Virus record (IMG/VR): IMGVR_UViG_3300031552_000003
Span: 1-64,000 of that record
Length of the DNA: 64,000 nucleotides
Strand: one strand, 5' to 3'
DNA from: a virus
The stretch's first letter is position 1. Each line of letters opens with the position of its first letter. This document shows, in pieces, positions 1 through 9,432 of the stretch. Below the pieces are notes generated by a model. The model ran no database searches, was not told where the DNA came from, and saw only the letters and a list, made by a program, of their open reading frames with translations. A program made the translations under genes and the position numbers.

Positions 1-632
1 ATAGGGTAAAGGGTATAAGGGAATAGAGAAAGGAACCAAGGATCAAAAACCAGGTTAAATGTATAATCAAAGGGAAAAAGAACATATAAAGGTGATAATA
101 TAGTATAAGGTAAGAAGAGGAAGAATAGGGGGGAAAGAATAGGGGGGAGAAGAGAAATAAAGAATAATAAAGAGAATAAAAAAAGAACAAAGAAGAGAAT
201 AAAAAAAGTGTGCTATTTGGCCCCTCCCTTTGGTCCCTCCCTCCCCCCCGTGCTATATGATATAAAACGCACGTGTGCGTGCATCCCAGTAGCTGTGCGG
301 GATACATGAGAATATCAATCTGTATAATCACTATATATTAGCCTGTATAATCACCAATAATTACATATAATCACTTATGCTAATCATGCATGTTAATACA
401 CCATACACCATCATTGTACTGATATATGAGTTGTAATATTGATAATCATATATAGCAATACTTGATAATCATAGATAGCTACGCTGATAATCACAAAACA
501 GCAATTCAATAATAAATATGATTATCATTCCGCATAATCTGTGATATATTACATAACTGATAAGCACAACTGATAATCATCAACACGTACCTTGTGCATG
601 TGTACACATCCTATCAGGAATATATACTAATT

Positions 633-667
633 GATAATAGATAATAGATAATAGATAATTGATAATT
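633..667. repeat. Five tandem GATAAT(A/T) heptamers, inside a 320-670 region with many dispersed (G/T)ATAATCA motifs
   Basis: gataata x3 + gataatt x2 read directly; ATAATCA also near 324, 346, 367, 442, 465, 487, 573. Confidence 0.85.
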
Positions 668-842
668 GATATACATATGCTTATCACATGTATATGATGT
701 GCGCATACTGTATGATATACACAATACACGACATGCAGTACACGTGATGAGTGCAGACAGGCAGGCGGCGGGGATTCGTACGGCGTGTCAAATCGAAAAA
801 GGGGACGGGAGGACCCCCCTCACATATTCCCAAATTTTTTTA

Positions 843-904
843 GAAAAATTCAAAGTGAAAAAAATATTATCAAAAAATTTTACGAAAAATTCAAAGTGAA
901 AAAA
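843..904. repeat. 21-bp direct repeat GAAAAATTCAAAGTGAAAAAA x2 upstream of terS
   Basis: Copies at 843-863 and 884-904. Confidence 0.85.
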
Positions 905-1059
905 GAGAAGGTGTTTTGTTTTATGTTTTCTCTATATAAAGGACTGGGATTTTTAAATTTTATATGTTAATCAATAGTGTGGATATTTTGGTTTGTGGTG
1001 TTTTTTATTGTTGTTTTGTTTTTTATTGTTTAATGTTATATATTTATGGTGTTTTTTAA

Positions 1060-1755
1060 ATGATTTTGATTATGATGCGCAGGAAAAAACCAGTAAAATC
1101 AAAAATACCTAAAGAAAAAGATATTATCGATAGGTTTCCTTTGGTTAAAGGATCAGATGGAATTGATAATCCTGATTTTTTAGATAAATTGAAAAAGGGG
1201 GTTTTTGATAAAGAAGATTTACCATATCCTGAAAGAGGGGGGCCGCGGATAAAGTTTAAGAATGATTTTACACGGCAGGTTTATTATTTGGCCAGGATGG
1301 GGGCACGTATATGTGATATAGCTGAATTTTTTAACGTGTCCCATATTTGTGTTGATAAGTGGAAACAACAGAATGTTGATTTTCGGGAAGCTTATCTTGA
1401 GGGGCATTGGTTGTTCGGGATGAAAGTTGGGGAAACTTTGGGGCAAAGGGCACTTGGGTATAGTTACACGGAAATAGAAAAGTCACAACATGTGGATAGG
1501 CAAGGGGAAATCAGGGATTTGGTAAAAACTACAACTAAACACATGCCCCCTGACGTGACAGCGATTATCTTTTATTTGAAAAACAGGTTTAGGGATTCGT
1601 GGATGGATGTGCACCGGGCAGAAATTGATGCGCGGATAGATGTGGACATTTCCAAAAAATTGGATATGGAAGTGCTTACTGATGATGAGAAAGCCATGAT
1701 AAAAAGTATAGCAATTAAAAATATTAGTTCCGTGCATGGGGTATCCGATAATTAA
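1060..1755 (+). CDS. terS: Terminase small subunit
   Basis: HTH (IAEFFNVSHICVDKWK), 'PPDVTAIIFYLKNR..W.D' motif, overlaps terL start. Confidence 0.85.
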   Translation: MILIMMRRKKPVKSKIPKEKDIIDRFPLVKGSDGIDNPDFLDKLKKGVFDKEDLPYPERGGPRIKFKNDFTRQVYYLARMGARICDIAEFFNVSHICVDKWKQQNVDFREAYLEGHWLFGMKVGETLGQRALGYSYTEIEKSQHVDRQGEIRDLVKTTTKHMPPDVTAIIFYLKNRFRDSWMDVHRAEIDARIDVDISKKLDMEVLTDDEKAMIKSIAIKNISSVHGVSDN

Positions 1756-4700
1756 TCGAAAAGATAATACTGTATATACCAGGGATGAGATACTTAAGAC
1801 TGCCCTGGAAAACCCTTATGCGGCTATTGTTAGCTTGGGGGGGTTGACGTTGTTCGAGTTTGTGCAGTGTTTTTGGAATGAAGTCAGTGACGACGAATTG
1901 AAAATAAACTGGCATATTCCATATCTTTGTGGACAACTTGAAGAAATTGCTGAACGGGTAGGAAAAAAAGAAAAAAAGTTATATGATTTGATAACAAATA
2001 TTCCACCCGGGACTACAAAGACGATTATATGCAGTGTTATGTTCCCGGTTTGGTGTTGGACAAAATGGTATTGGATGAAATTTATTACCGGATCGTACAG
2101 TAGTGACCTTAGTTTGGAAAGTGCAGAAAAAAGCCGTGATATTATACGGTCTGATAAATTTAAATTGTTGTTCCCGGATATAATTATCAAAGAAGATAAA
2201 GATACTAAGTCTAATTACAGGATTGCTTTTAAAATACGTGATTATAAAGGGAAGGCCAGTAGGACAGTATTAGGTGGGGGAAGGTATTCTACTTCGGTAG
2301 GGGGCACGATAATGGGGTTTCACGGGCATATAAACATATGGGACGATCCGCTAAATCCAAAGCAAGCTGTTTCAGAAGCTTTATTGAAAATTGCAAACGA
2401 TTGGATTGACCAATCTGCCAGTACACGTAAAATAGATAAAGAAGTTTCTGTTACAATATTAGTGATGCAGCGCTTACATCAATGTTTGTTACCAGAAACA
2501 CGAATATATACACCAAATGGGTTTAAAGAAATTCAAAATTTTAAATTAGATGATGTTGTATATACAAGTTTTGGAAAACAAAATGTTCAAGGTGTTTTTA
2601 ATAGGGAGTATGATGGAAATATCATAAGTATATGCCCCAGTGGGCATCCTGAAAATATAAAAGTAACAGAAACACATCAAATATATACTCAAAGAGGTTG
2701 GGTAAAAGCAGGTGATTTGAATTTAAAAGATATACTATTATACCCTATTACAGAACATAAAGAATCCATTGTATTATCTGAATTATGGCCGGAAATGCCT
2801 ATAAAAGATAAATCTCCAAAAATATTCAGATCAAATTTTAATGGGGATACTAAACGTGTTCCTTATGAAGTATTAAAAAAATTAGTAGATGCAGGAAAGA
2901 GTAGTACAGAACTTGCAGAATATTTTGGGTTTAAAAACAGACAAATTATTGATTTGTATATTGCTAAATATAAAATAAAGAGAAAAGCAGCAGTAAGTAT
3001 ATCAAACGAAATTATAAATGATCTTAATTTTTGGAGAGTTGTTGGGTATTGGCTTGCAGAAGGGTGTTTAGTAAAAGGAAGAAGAGGGATATCACATGTA
3101 GTACGTTTTTCCTTTGGAAATAAGGATAAAGAAATGATAGCAGATACAGTAGCTATTTTAAAAAAATATAAAATTTCAGTTCATGTAAATGATACAAAAT
3201 ATAATAGTTTTTGTGTTAGGTTTTCTTCGTATCAATTTGCATTATTTTTAGAAAATAATTTTGGAGTAGGGGCAGGAAATAAACACCTTCCTGATTGGAT
3301 TTTTTCTTTACCTAAAGAATATTTTGCACAGCTATTAAAGGGGTATTGGTTAGGGGATGGGAGTATTATTCGTAATTCGATTAGGCTAACTTCTGTATCC
3401 TTGCAATTATTAACAGATATACAAAATACCTTACTATCTTTTAATGTAATTTCTTCTATATATGCTTCAAAACCTTCATATAAATGTAAAATACAGACAG
3501 GGCCAGGAAAAGGCCGTATAATAGAAGGGAAATTAATTCCGTATGAATTGCGAGCAACAATTTGTGATATTTCTTCTAACTTTTGGGGGATTTCTGAAAA
3601 TAACACAGTGAAATATAAAAAATTACCGATTAATAGAATTAATGGTAAATGGATGTGTGTTAAAATAAATCACTTAGAAGTTGAAAAATATAAAGGTTTG
3701 GTGTATGATATTACAACACCTTGTCATGATTTTTTATCAGGTTTAGTGATGTTACACAATAGTGACCCAACAGGGCATTTGCTGGAAAAAATTAAAGAAG
3801 GAAAACAAATAAAGCACATTTGTCTCCCGGGGGAAATTGTGAATTATCGTGATAAAGTTAGCCCACTTGAACTTATTGAAAATTATTCGGAAGAAGGGTT
3901 GTTAGATCCTGTACGTTTAAGTACAGCAGCATTGAAAGAACTTGAAGCAGACCTTGGGCAATATGGATATGCCGGGCAAATAGGACAAAGCCCAACACCT
4001 CCCGGGGGAGGGATGTTTAAAGTAGATAATTTCCAAATCATAGACCATTTGCCTAATTCTTCTCATCTTATGCAAATGATGCGTTATTGGGACAAAGCAG
4101 GGACAGAAGGGGGAGGAAAACGGACAGCAGGGGTTAAAATAGTGAAACTTACTAATGGCAAATACATAGTTGTTGATGTTCGAAAAGGACAATGGGAAGC
4201 AGAAAAAAGGGAACGGATAATTAAACAAACAGCACAAGCTGATGAAAGGGATTGTGAAATAGGAATTGAGCAGGAACCAGGGCCAATTTGGGAAGATGAA
4301 AAAGTTCAAATGGCAAATGGGATATTAAAAAAATTAAAAGATGTTAAAAAAGGGGATTTTGTAATTAATTGGAAAGGAAAATCTACAAAAGTATTAGAAA
4401 TATATCAACAAGGAACATTGCCTATATTAAAAATTACTACTGATTCAGGAAGAGAGATACACACAGCATATAATCATCCATTTTTAACGCCTAATGGATG
4501 GGTTAACGCAGATCATTTACAAATTGATGATAATTTAGCATTAAAAACTGATATTCAAATAAAAATAACATCATTTCCGTCTATTGAAGAGTGTAGATTA
4601 GCTGGATATTTTGTAGGTGATGGTTGTTGTACATGGACAAAAAATAAAGAAATAACATGTAATTCAAATATAGTTTGTTCAGATGTTCTTGAGGGCAAGG

Positions 4701-5581
4701 ATATAATTTATTGTGCTGAAAAATTAGGGTTTAAAGTACATGTTGGTGGAAGTAAAGGTTGGACATATTATATTTCAGGAGGTATTAAAGATTGGCTAAA
4801 AAATAGGGGTTTAGCAGGTAAAAACACATTTCAAAAAAGAATCCCTGAATGGGTTTTAAAAGCAGATAATGTTTGTGTAGCTAATTTTTTGGGGGCTTAT
4901 TTAGCGTGTGATGGTTCCGTGATGAACACAAAACACCATCCATGTGTAGAATATTATAGCACAAATTTGGATTTATTAAAAGATACCCAAAGCACATTAT
5001 TACGATTTGGAATTTATACAATGTTAAGAAAACGAAATTATAAAGATGAATTTCAAAAAACAAGACATTTTTGTTATAGGATTACAACCAGAAGAAGTGA
5101 TGGATCAATGGGAAGATTTGCAAAATATATTCCTGTTTACGGAATTAAAGGAGAAAAATTAAAAATATTTAATCATTTGAATTTTGACCAGCCATATATT
5201 TCAGATCCAATCGTGTCTATTGAAAAAATGGATAAAATGTTGTGTAGGTGTATTGCAGTGAAAGATGGGGAAAGTTTTTTAGTAAATGATGTAGTGGTAC
5301 ATAATTCAGGTGGAAAAGAATCAGCAGAAGCTACTATGAGAAATTTAGCAGGATTTGTAGTACATAAAGATTTGCCAAAAGGGGATAAAATATACAGGGC
5401 AGATCCATTTTCAGTACAGGTAAATGAAGGAAATGTGATGTTGTTGCGGGGAGATTGGAACCATGATTTTATAGAAGAGCTCAGATTTTTTCCATTTGGA
5501 AATTTTAAAGATCAGGTTGATGCTGCATCTGCTGCATTTAATTTATTAGCAACAAAAAAAATAGCAGGGAGGATAACTTAA
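1736..5581 (+). CDS. terL: Terminase large subunit containing two inteins (spliced product ~514 aa)
   Basis: NIPPGTTKT Walker A, IWDDP Walker B, MQRLH, YWDKA, EQEPG/SGGKE, DQVDA nuclease motifs. Confidence 0.95.
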   Translation: MGYPIINRKDNTVYTRDEILKTALENPYAAIVSLGGLTLFEFVQCFWNEVSDDELKINWHIPYLCGQLEEIAERVGKKEKKLYDLITNIPPGTTKTIICSVMFPVWCWTKWYWMKFITGSYSSDLSLESAEKSRDIIRSDKFKLLFPDIIIKEDKDTKSNYRIAFKIRDYKGKASRTVLGGGRYSTSVGGTIMGFHGHINIWDDPLNPKQAVSEALLKIANDWIDQSASTRKIDKEVSVTILVMQRLHQCLLPETRIYTPNGFKEIQNFKLDDVVYTSFGKQNVQGVFNREYDGNIISICPSGHPENIKVTETHQIYTQRGWVKAGDLNLKDILLYPITEHKESIVLSELWPEMPIKDKSPKIFRSNFNGDTKRVPYEVLKKLVDAGKSSTELAEYFGFKNRQIIDLYIAKYKIKRKAAVSISNEIINDLNFWRVVGYWLAEGCLVKGRRGISHVVRFSFGNKDKEMIADTVAILKKYKISVHVNDTKYNSFCVRFSSYQFALFLENNFGVGAGNKHLPDWIFSLPKEYFAQLLKGYWLGDGSIIRNSIRLTSVSLQLLTDIQNTLLSFNVISSIYASKPSYKCKIQTGPGKGRIIEGKLIPYELRATICDISSNFWGISENNTVKYKKLPINRINGKWMCVKINHLEVEKYKGLVYDITTPCHDFLSGLVMLHNSDPTGHLLEKIKEGKQIKHICLPGEIVNYRDKVSPLELIENYSEEGLLDPVRLSTAALKELEADLGQYGYAGQIGQSPTPPGGGMFKVDNFQIIDHLPNSSHLMQMMRYWDKAGTEGGGKRTAGVKIVKLTNGKYIVVDVRKGQWEAEKRERIIKQTAQADERDCEIGIEQEPGPIWEDEKVQMANGILKKLKDVKKGDFVINWKGKSTKVLEIYQQGTLPILKITTDSGREIHTAYNHPFLTPNGWVNADHLQIDDNLALKTDIQIKITSFPSIEECRLAGYFVGDGCCTWTKNKEITCNSNIVCSDVLEGKDIIYCAEKLGFKVHVGGSKGWTYYISGGIKDWLKNRGLAGKNTFQKRIPEWVLKADNVCVANFLGAYLACDGSVMNTKHHPCVEYYSTNLDLLKDTQSTLLRFGIYTMLRKRNYKDEFQKTRHFCYRITTRRSDGSMGRFAKYIPVYGIKGEKLKIFNHLNFDQPYISDPIVSIEKMDKMLCRCIAVKDGESFLVNDVVVHNSGGKESAEATMRNLAGFVVHKDLPKGDKIYRADPFSVQVNEGNVMLLRGDWNHDFIEELRFFPFGNFKDQVDAASAAFNLLATKKIAGRIT
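2483..3760 (+). mobile_element. Intein 1 in TerL (Cys1...His-Asn/Ser+1, 426 aa) with LAGLIDADG homing endonuclease
   Basis: MQRLHQ|CLLPET...TETHQI...GYWLAEG...GYWLGDG...VYDIT...MLHN|SDPTG. Confidence 0.93.
4283..5305 (+). mobile_element. Intein 2 in TerL (Pro1...His-Asn/Ser+1, 341 aa) with LAGLIDADG homing endonuclease
   Basis: EQEPG|PIWEDEKV...YNHPFL...GYFVGDG...AYLACDG...CRCIAV...VVHN|SGGKE; removal restores EQEPGSGGKE. Confidence 0.9.
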
Positions 5582-5606
5582 TAAATATAAATTTTATAAT
5601 TGATTA

Positions 5607-5816
5607 ATGATGAATACAGGTAAAGTAAAATTTTATAATGAATCAAAAGGATATGGTTTTATCATATTGGATGATATAAATGCATCAGAAATATTTTTCC
5701 ATTGCACAAAAGTATTAGGTGGTGTGATTAAAAAAGATTCATTAGTTGAATTTGATGTTGAAAATACTAAAAAAGGATTGATTGCAATTAATGTTAAACC
5801 TATTTTAAATTATTAA
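5607..5816 (+). CDS. cspA: Cold-shock domain protein
   Basis: GKVKFYNESKGYGFI (RNP1), IFFH (RNP2), VEFDV...KGLIAINV. Confidence 0.92.
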   Translation: MMNTGKVKFYNESKGYGFIILDDINASEIFFHCTKVLGGVIKKDSLVEFDVENTKKGLIAINVKPILNY

Positions 5817-5820
5817 TATT

Positions 5821-6174
5821 ATGTCAACAATAGTATATAATGTTGAATTAGCAGAAATAGACCTTGTGTTTATTCAGAATGATACTATTGATATTTCTTT
5901 TTTGGTAGAAAGGAATTATGTTGAATTGGATATGACAGGTATGCGATTAGATATGACAGTCAGAACATGCGATACATCTTCAACATTGATTCGTTCATTT
6001 TCAAGTGAGGGATCAGATCCTAAAATAACGATTTATACAACTGTATTTAATGTAAAGGATACTGGTTTTGTTGTTAATGGAAAATATAAGTATGATATGC
6101 AGCTTACAGATGGTACTGATGTAAGTACTATAATGAAAGGATTATTAATCGTAGAAGGTGAGGTGACTGTATAA
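5821..6174 (+). CDS. Hypothetical Ig-like / BppU-N-like virion accessory protein
   Basis: Q.DT...F, LDMTG, GKYKYDMQL, G.L.V..EVT pattern. Confidence 0.5.
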   Translation: MSTIVYNVELAEIDLVFIQNDTIDISFLVERNYVELDMTGMRLDMTVRTCDTSSTLIRSFSSEGSDPKITIYTTVFNVKDTGFVVNGKYKYDMQLTDGTDVSTIMKGLLIVEGEVTV

Positions 6175-6341
6175 TGAATAAGATTAATGTAATATACCAG
6201 AATAAGATTAATGTAACATATCAGAATATGAAAAAGTTTAGAATTTTTGTTTCTGATTTTTTTGATAAAGGAATAAAAGATATTGAAAGATTTATTATAA
6301 AAGATAGTGAAGGTTTTATAATAATTGATAATACACAATAA
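6174..6341 (+). CDS. 55-aa hypothetical protein (absent from ORF track), N-terminal NKINV.YQ duplication
   Basis: ATG overlaps upstream stop; MNKINVIYQNKINVTYQN...DNTQ*; ends just before next ATG at 6343. Confidence 0.6.
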   Translation: MNKINVIYQNKINVTYQNMKKFRIFVSDFFDKGIKDIERFIIKDSEGFIIIDNTQ

Positions 6342-6342
6342 T

Positions 6343-6687
6343 ATGTTTAAAAGTTTAACAATAACGACAGAAGAACTTCAATTGAGAAGTGATTTTACTA
6401 AAGTAGTTAAAATAGATTATATAGCAGTTATTCCTTTTACAAGATCATTAACAATAATTACAGGGAAAATATTAGCTACAGATGATGTTTTTACAATAGC
6501 AACAGGGGCTATTGAAGGAGGGTCTGCTAAATTGATATTAATAGGCGATGGGGTTCATATTCCTAATTTTGATGCATATGATTATACATTTGGAAATTAT
6601 GATAAAGATACTGGTGTTATCAATAAAATAATATTTGAATATTTAGACGAAAAAAGTTGTGTAACAATAAATAACATGTATCCATGA
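6343..6687 (+). CDS. Hypothetical protein, paralogue of an N-proximal domain of the next gene
   Basis: TGAIEGGSAKLILIGDGVH vs TGALDQGSTTFQLIGDGTH; ATG 6343 preferred over TTG 6325. Confidence 0.6.
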   Translation: MFKSLTITTEELQLRSDFTKVVKIDYIAVIPFTRSLTIITGKILATDDVFTIATGAIEGGSAKLILIGDGVHIPNFDAYDYTFGNYDKDTGVINKIIFEYLDEKSCVTINNMYP

Positions 6688-9428
6688 AAAAAATACTAAT
6701 AGTCATATTATCAATTATTTGCATTCAAATTAATGCACAAACATATCAAAAAATTAAAGTAAATCAAATAGATACAAAAGATTCGGCGCAGATTAATCTT
6801 TTAAAACCTTTGAAATTTTTGGATGGGAGTATTCAGGAAACAGCAGGTGGTGTTGAAACTGATCCTTTTTATACAGTTGATAGTTCAGGTATAAAAACAG
6901 ACATACGGAATCTACAAGCATCAGGTTTGACGATGACCTCTAAGCAAATTATAGATTCTATTTCAACTTTTAATATTTTAGAAAGCCCCTACAAAATAAA
7001 TTTTAGAAAATTACGAAATACACATTCAGAGCCATTGTCGGTTACAAGTGACATTGAAATAACGCCTGATACTACGGGCGCATTAGATCAAGGAAGTACA
7101 ACATTTCAATTAATTGGTGACGGTACGCATACAGCAACTTTTGGTTCCCCATTTTCTTCATCTAACGGGATAAGTAAAGATACTTTTGTCAATACAAACG
7201 GTTATATGAGTACCTATTTGGTCTCAGTTTTTGGATCAGGAATTTATAGAATTTACAAATATAGTTTGATTGATTATAGGACAACTCCAGGCGCTCCTAT
7301 AACTTTATCTGCTCCGGGTTCTTTTAATGCTACTGCAATAAGTGAAGATTCAATTGTTTTAAGTTGGAATACTGTTGCTAATGCAACTTACTATCAATTA
7401 GATAGTGCGTCAACTTTAAACGGAACTTATGCAACAATATCAAGCATAATTCCGCAAAGTTCTGTAGGTGACACAATAGCCGGATTAGCAGACAACCACG
7501 AAGTTATTTTCCGAATTCGAAGTTTGGGTGATGGAGTTAATTATTTAACTTCAGGTTGGGCTATTGATAGTGCAACCACATCCGCAAATGATGTTCCTTA
7601 TTACACTACAATAGGATTTACAGGAACTGCGCAAGAAGCTGATACTCTTACAGGTTCTTGGTCTGGATTTGTTGACCCAGACAGCGATCCTGAAGGTATT
7701 CCAAATTTAAAATGGCAAACAAGCGCGGATGGGTTAACTGGATGGTCGGACATCTCAGGCGCAACTGATACAACTTATATAATTCAAGCTTTGGATGTAG
7801 ATAATCATCTAAGATTTGCAGTACAAGCAACAGCAACGGCTGGTAATACTCCTGGCAATTGGCAGTATACAGATTCAAGTTATCAGGTAACTGGATTATC
7901 ATACGCATTAACTTTAACAACAAATTCGGGACCTGGTGATACTTTTAATCCTTCTATTACTGTTTCAGGCGGTGTTGCAAGTTGGGACATGGGGGATGGG
8001 TCTACAATTAATAGTAATACTCCTTCTAAGTCGTACGCAGACGCTACTACAAAGACTGTTAATGTTAGTTTAGGAACTATTCCTAATAATGACAGTATTA
8101 AAACTATTTCAGGGTTTAATAGTAAAAAACTATTATCAATTGATTTAAGTAAATTAGAAAGGCTAAGAGGTTCTATTCAACTTCAAGGCAACACTGAATT
8201 AGCATCTGTATTATTTCCTACCACTTCACAAACTATTACAGAATTATATCTTAATGGGTTAGCTTTAACAGGAGTGGTTGATATTTCTGGATTACCAATT
8301 GCGGGCCCTATTTATCTTATGAATAATGCAGGTGTAACTAATTATATATTAAACAGTAATAATACAGGCGAAGTAACTTATTTAGATGCATCTGGATGTA
8401 ATATTACAGGCACTTTTGATGCCAGTGGGATTCATAGATTTTCAGGGGTATTTAGTTTGTTGAATCAAACCAACTGTGATTCAGTTAGTTTTACAAATAC
8501 TGATAATTTAAGTACAAATAGTTTTACAACTTTTAATTTAGCTGGAACTAAAATTAGACATTTAGATTTATCTCATATAACTAATTTTTCAGGAACAGCA
8601 ACAATTGGCAATTCATTGTTAACTACAACTATCTGGCCTACATCCAATAAAGTATTAGATTTAGATATTAATAATGCAAAATATGTTACACTTGATCTTA
8701 CAACATTAACAGGATTAAGAAAGTTAACTTTTGATGCTATGTCTACATTGACGAGTTTGAGTTTTCCTATAACTACACAAGTTACAACTTGGCTAAAAGT
8801 AGGAGGTTCGTCTATTCAAATGTTAGATATATCACCTTATTCACATCTTGCAGGAGAAATCTACATATGGAATAATACATTAATGGATAGTATTAAAACA
8901 GGAACCAGTTCTGAAAATATAAATGTTTTTAATTTATTAAATTTAAAAAATACATTTAAAACAGTTGACTTATCTGGATATCCTGGATTAGGTGGAAGTT
9001 TAAGTGTAGCTGGATGCACAGGGGTTAATTTAGTGATATTGCCTACTTCTTCTCGTAATTTTACAAGTGTAATAATTATCGGAACAGCTTTAGATAGTAT
9101 TAATACAACATCATTAAGTGGGGCAATTAACTCATTAAATATGAGTTCTAATGCATCATTAAATATATTTAGAGGATTTAACTGGATTAGAACTACTACT
9201 ACAACTGTTAATTTTCAGTATTGCTCTCTGGATGTTGAATCTATAGACAACATTTTAGCAGCATTAAATGCCTACTTTTCTGCAAATGCTCCGACTACTA
9301 ATTTAACTTTGACGTTAAATGGTGGAACAAATGCTGCGCCTACAGGCGGAAATGATAATACTGATGCTGTTAATTTACAAGCAGTGTTTACTGCTGCTGG
9401 TCAGACATTAACTTACGTACACAATTAA
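6684..9428 (+). CDS. Large signal-peptide protein with fibre-like N-terminus, FN3, Ig/PKD-like and LRR-like domains
   Basis: MKKILIVILSIICIQINA|Q; FLDGSIQETA; SAPGSFNATAISEDSIVLSW; WDMGDG; repeated LDLS/IDLS units. Confidence 0.75.
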   Translation: MKKILIVILSIICIQINAQTYQKIKVNQIDTKDSAQINLLKPLKFLDGSIQETAGGVETDPFYTVDSSGIKTDIRNLQASGLTMTSKQIIDSISTFNILESPYKINFRKLRNTHSEPLSVTSDIEITPDTTGALDQGSTTFQLIGDGTHTATFGSPFSSSNGISKDTFVNTNGYMSTYLVSVFGSGIYRIYKYSLIDYRTTPGAPITLSAPGSFNATAISEDSIVLSWNTVANATYYQLDSASTLNGTYATISSIIPQSSVGDTIAGLADNHEVIFRIRSLGDGVNYLTSGWAIDSATTSANDVPYYTTIGFTGTAQEADTLTGSWSGFVDPDSDPEGIPNLKWQTSADGLTGWSDISGATDTTYIIQALDVDNHLRFAVQATATAGNTPGNWQYTDSSYQVTGLSYALTLTTNSGPGDTFNPSITVSGGVASWDMGDGSTINSNTPSKSYADATTKTVNVSLGTIPNNDSIKTISGFNSKKLLSIDLSKLERLRGSIQLQGNTELASVLFPTTSQTITELYLNGLALTGVVDISGLPIAGPIYLMNNAGVTNYILNSNNTGEVTYLDASGCNITGTFDASGIHRFSGVFSLLNQTNCDSVSFTNTDNLSTNSFTTFNLAGTKIRHLDLSHITNFSGTATIGNSLLTTTIWPTSNKVLDLDINNAKYVTLDLTTLTGLRKLTFDAMSTLTSLSFPITTQVTTWLKVGGSSIQMLDISPYSHLAGEIYIWNNTLMDSIKTGTSSENINVFNLLNLKNTFKTVDLSGYPGLGGSLSVAGCTGVNLVILPTSSRNFTSVIIIGTALDSINTTSLSGAINSLNMSSNASLNIFRGFNWIRTTTTTVNFQYCSLDVESIDNILAALNAYFSANAPTTNLTLTLNGGTNAAPTGGNDNTDAVNLQAVFTAAGQTLTYVHN

Positions 9429-9432
9429 TAAT

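Noticed and set aside
666-970. ORFs 666-899 and 785-970
   Set aside because: Run through repeats and low-complexity DNA with no protein-like features
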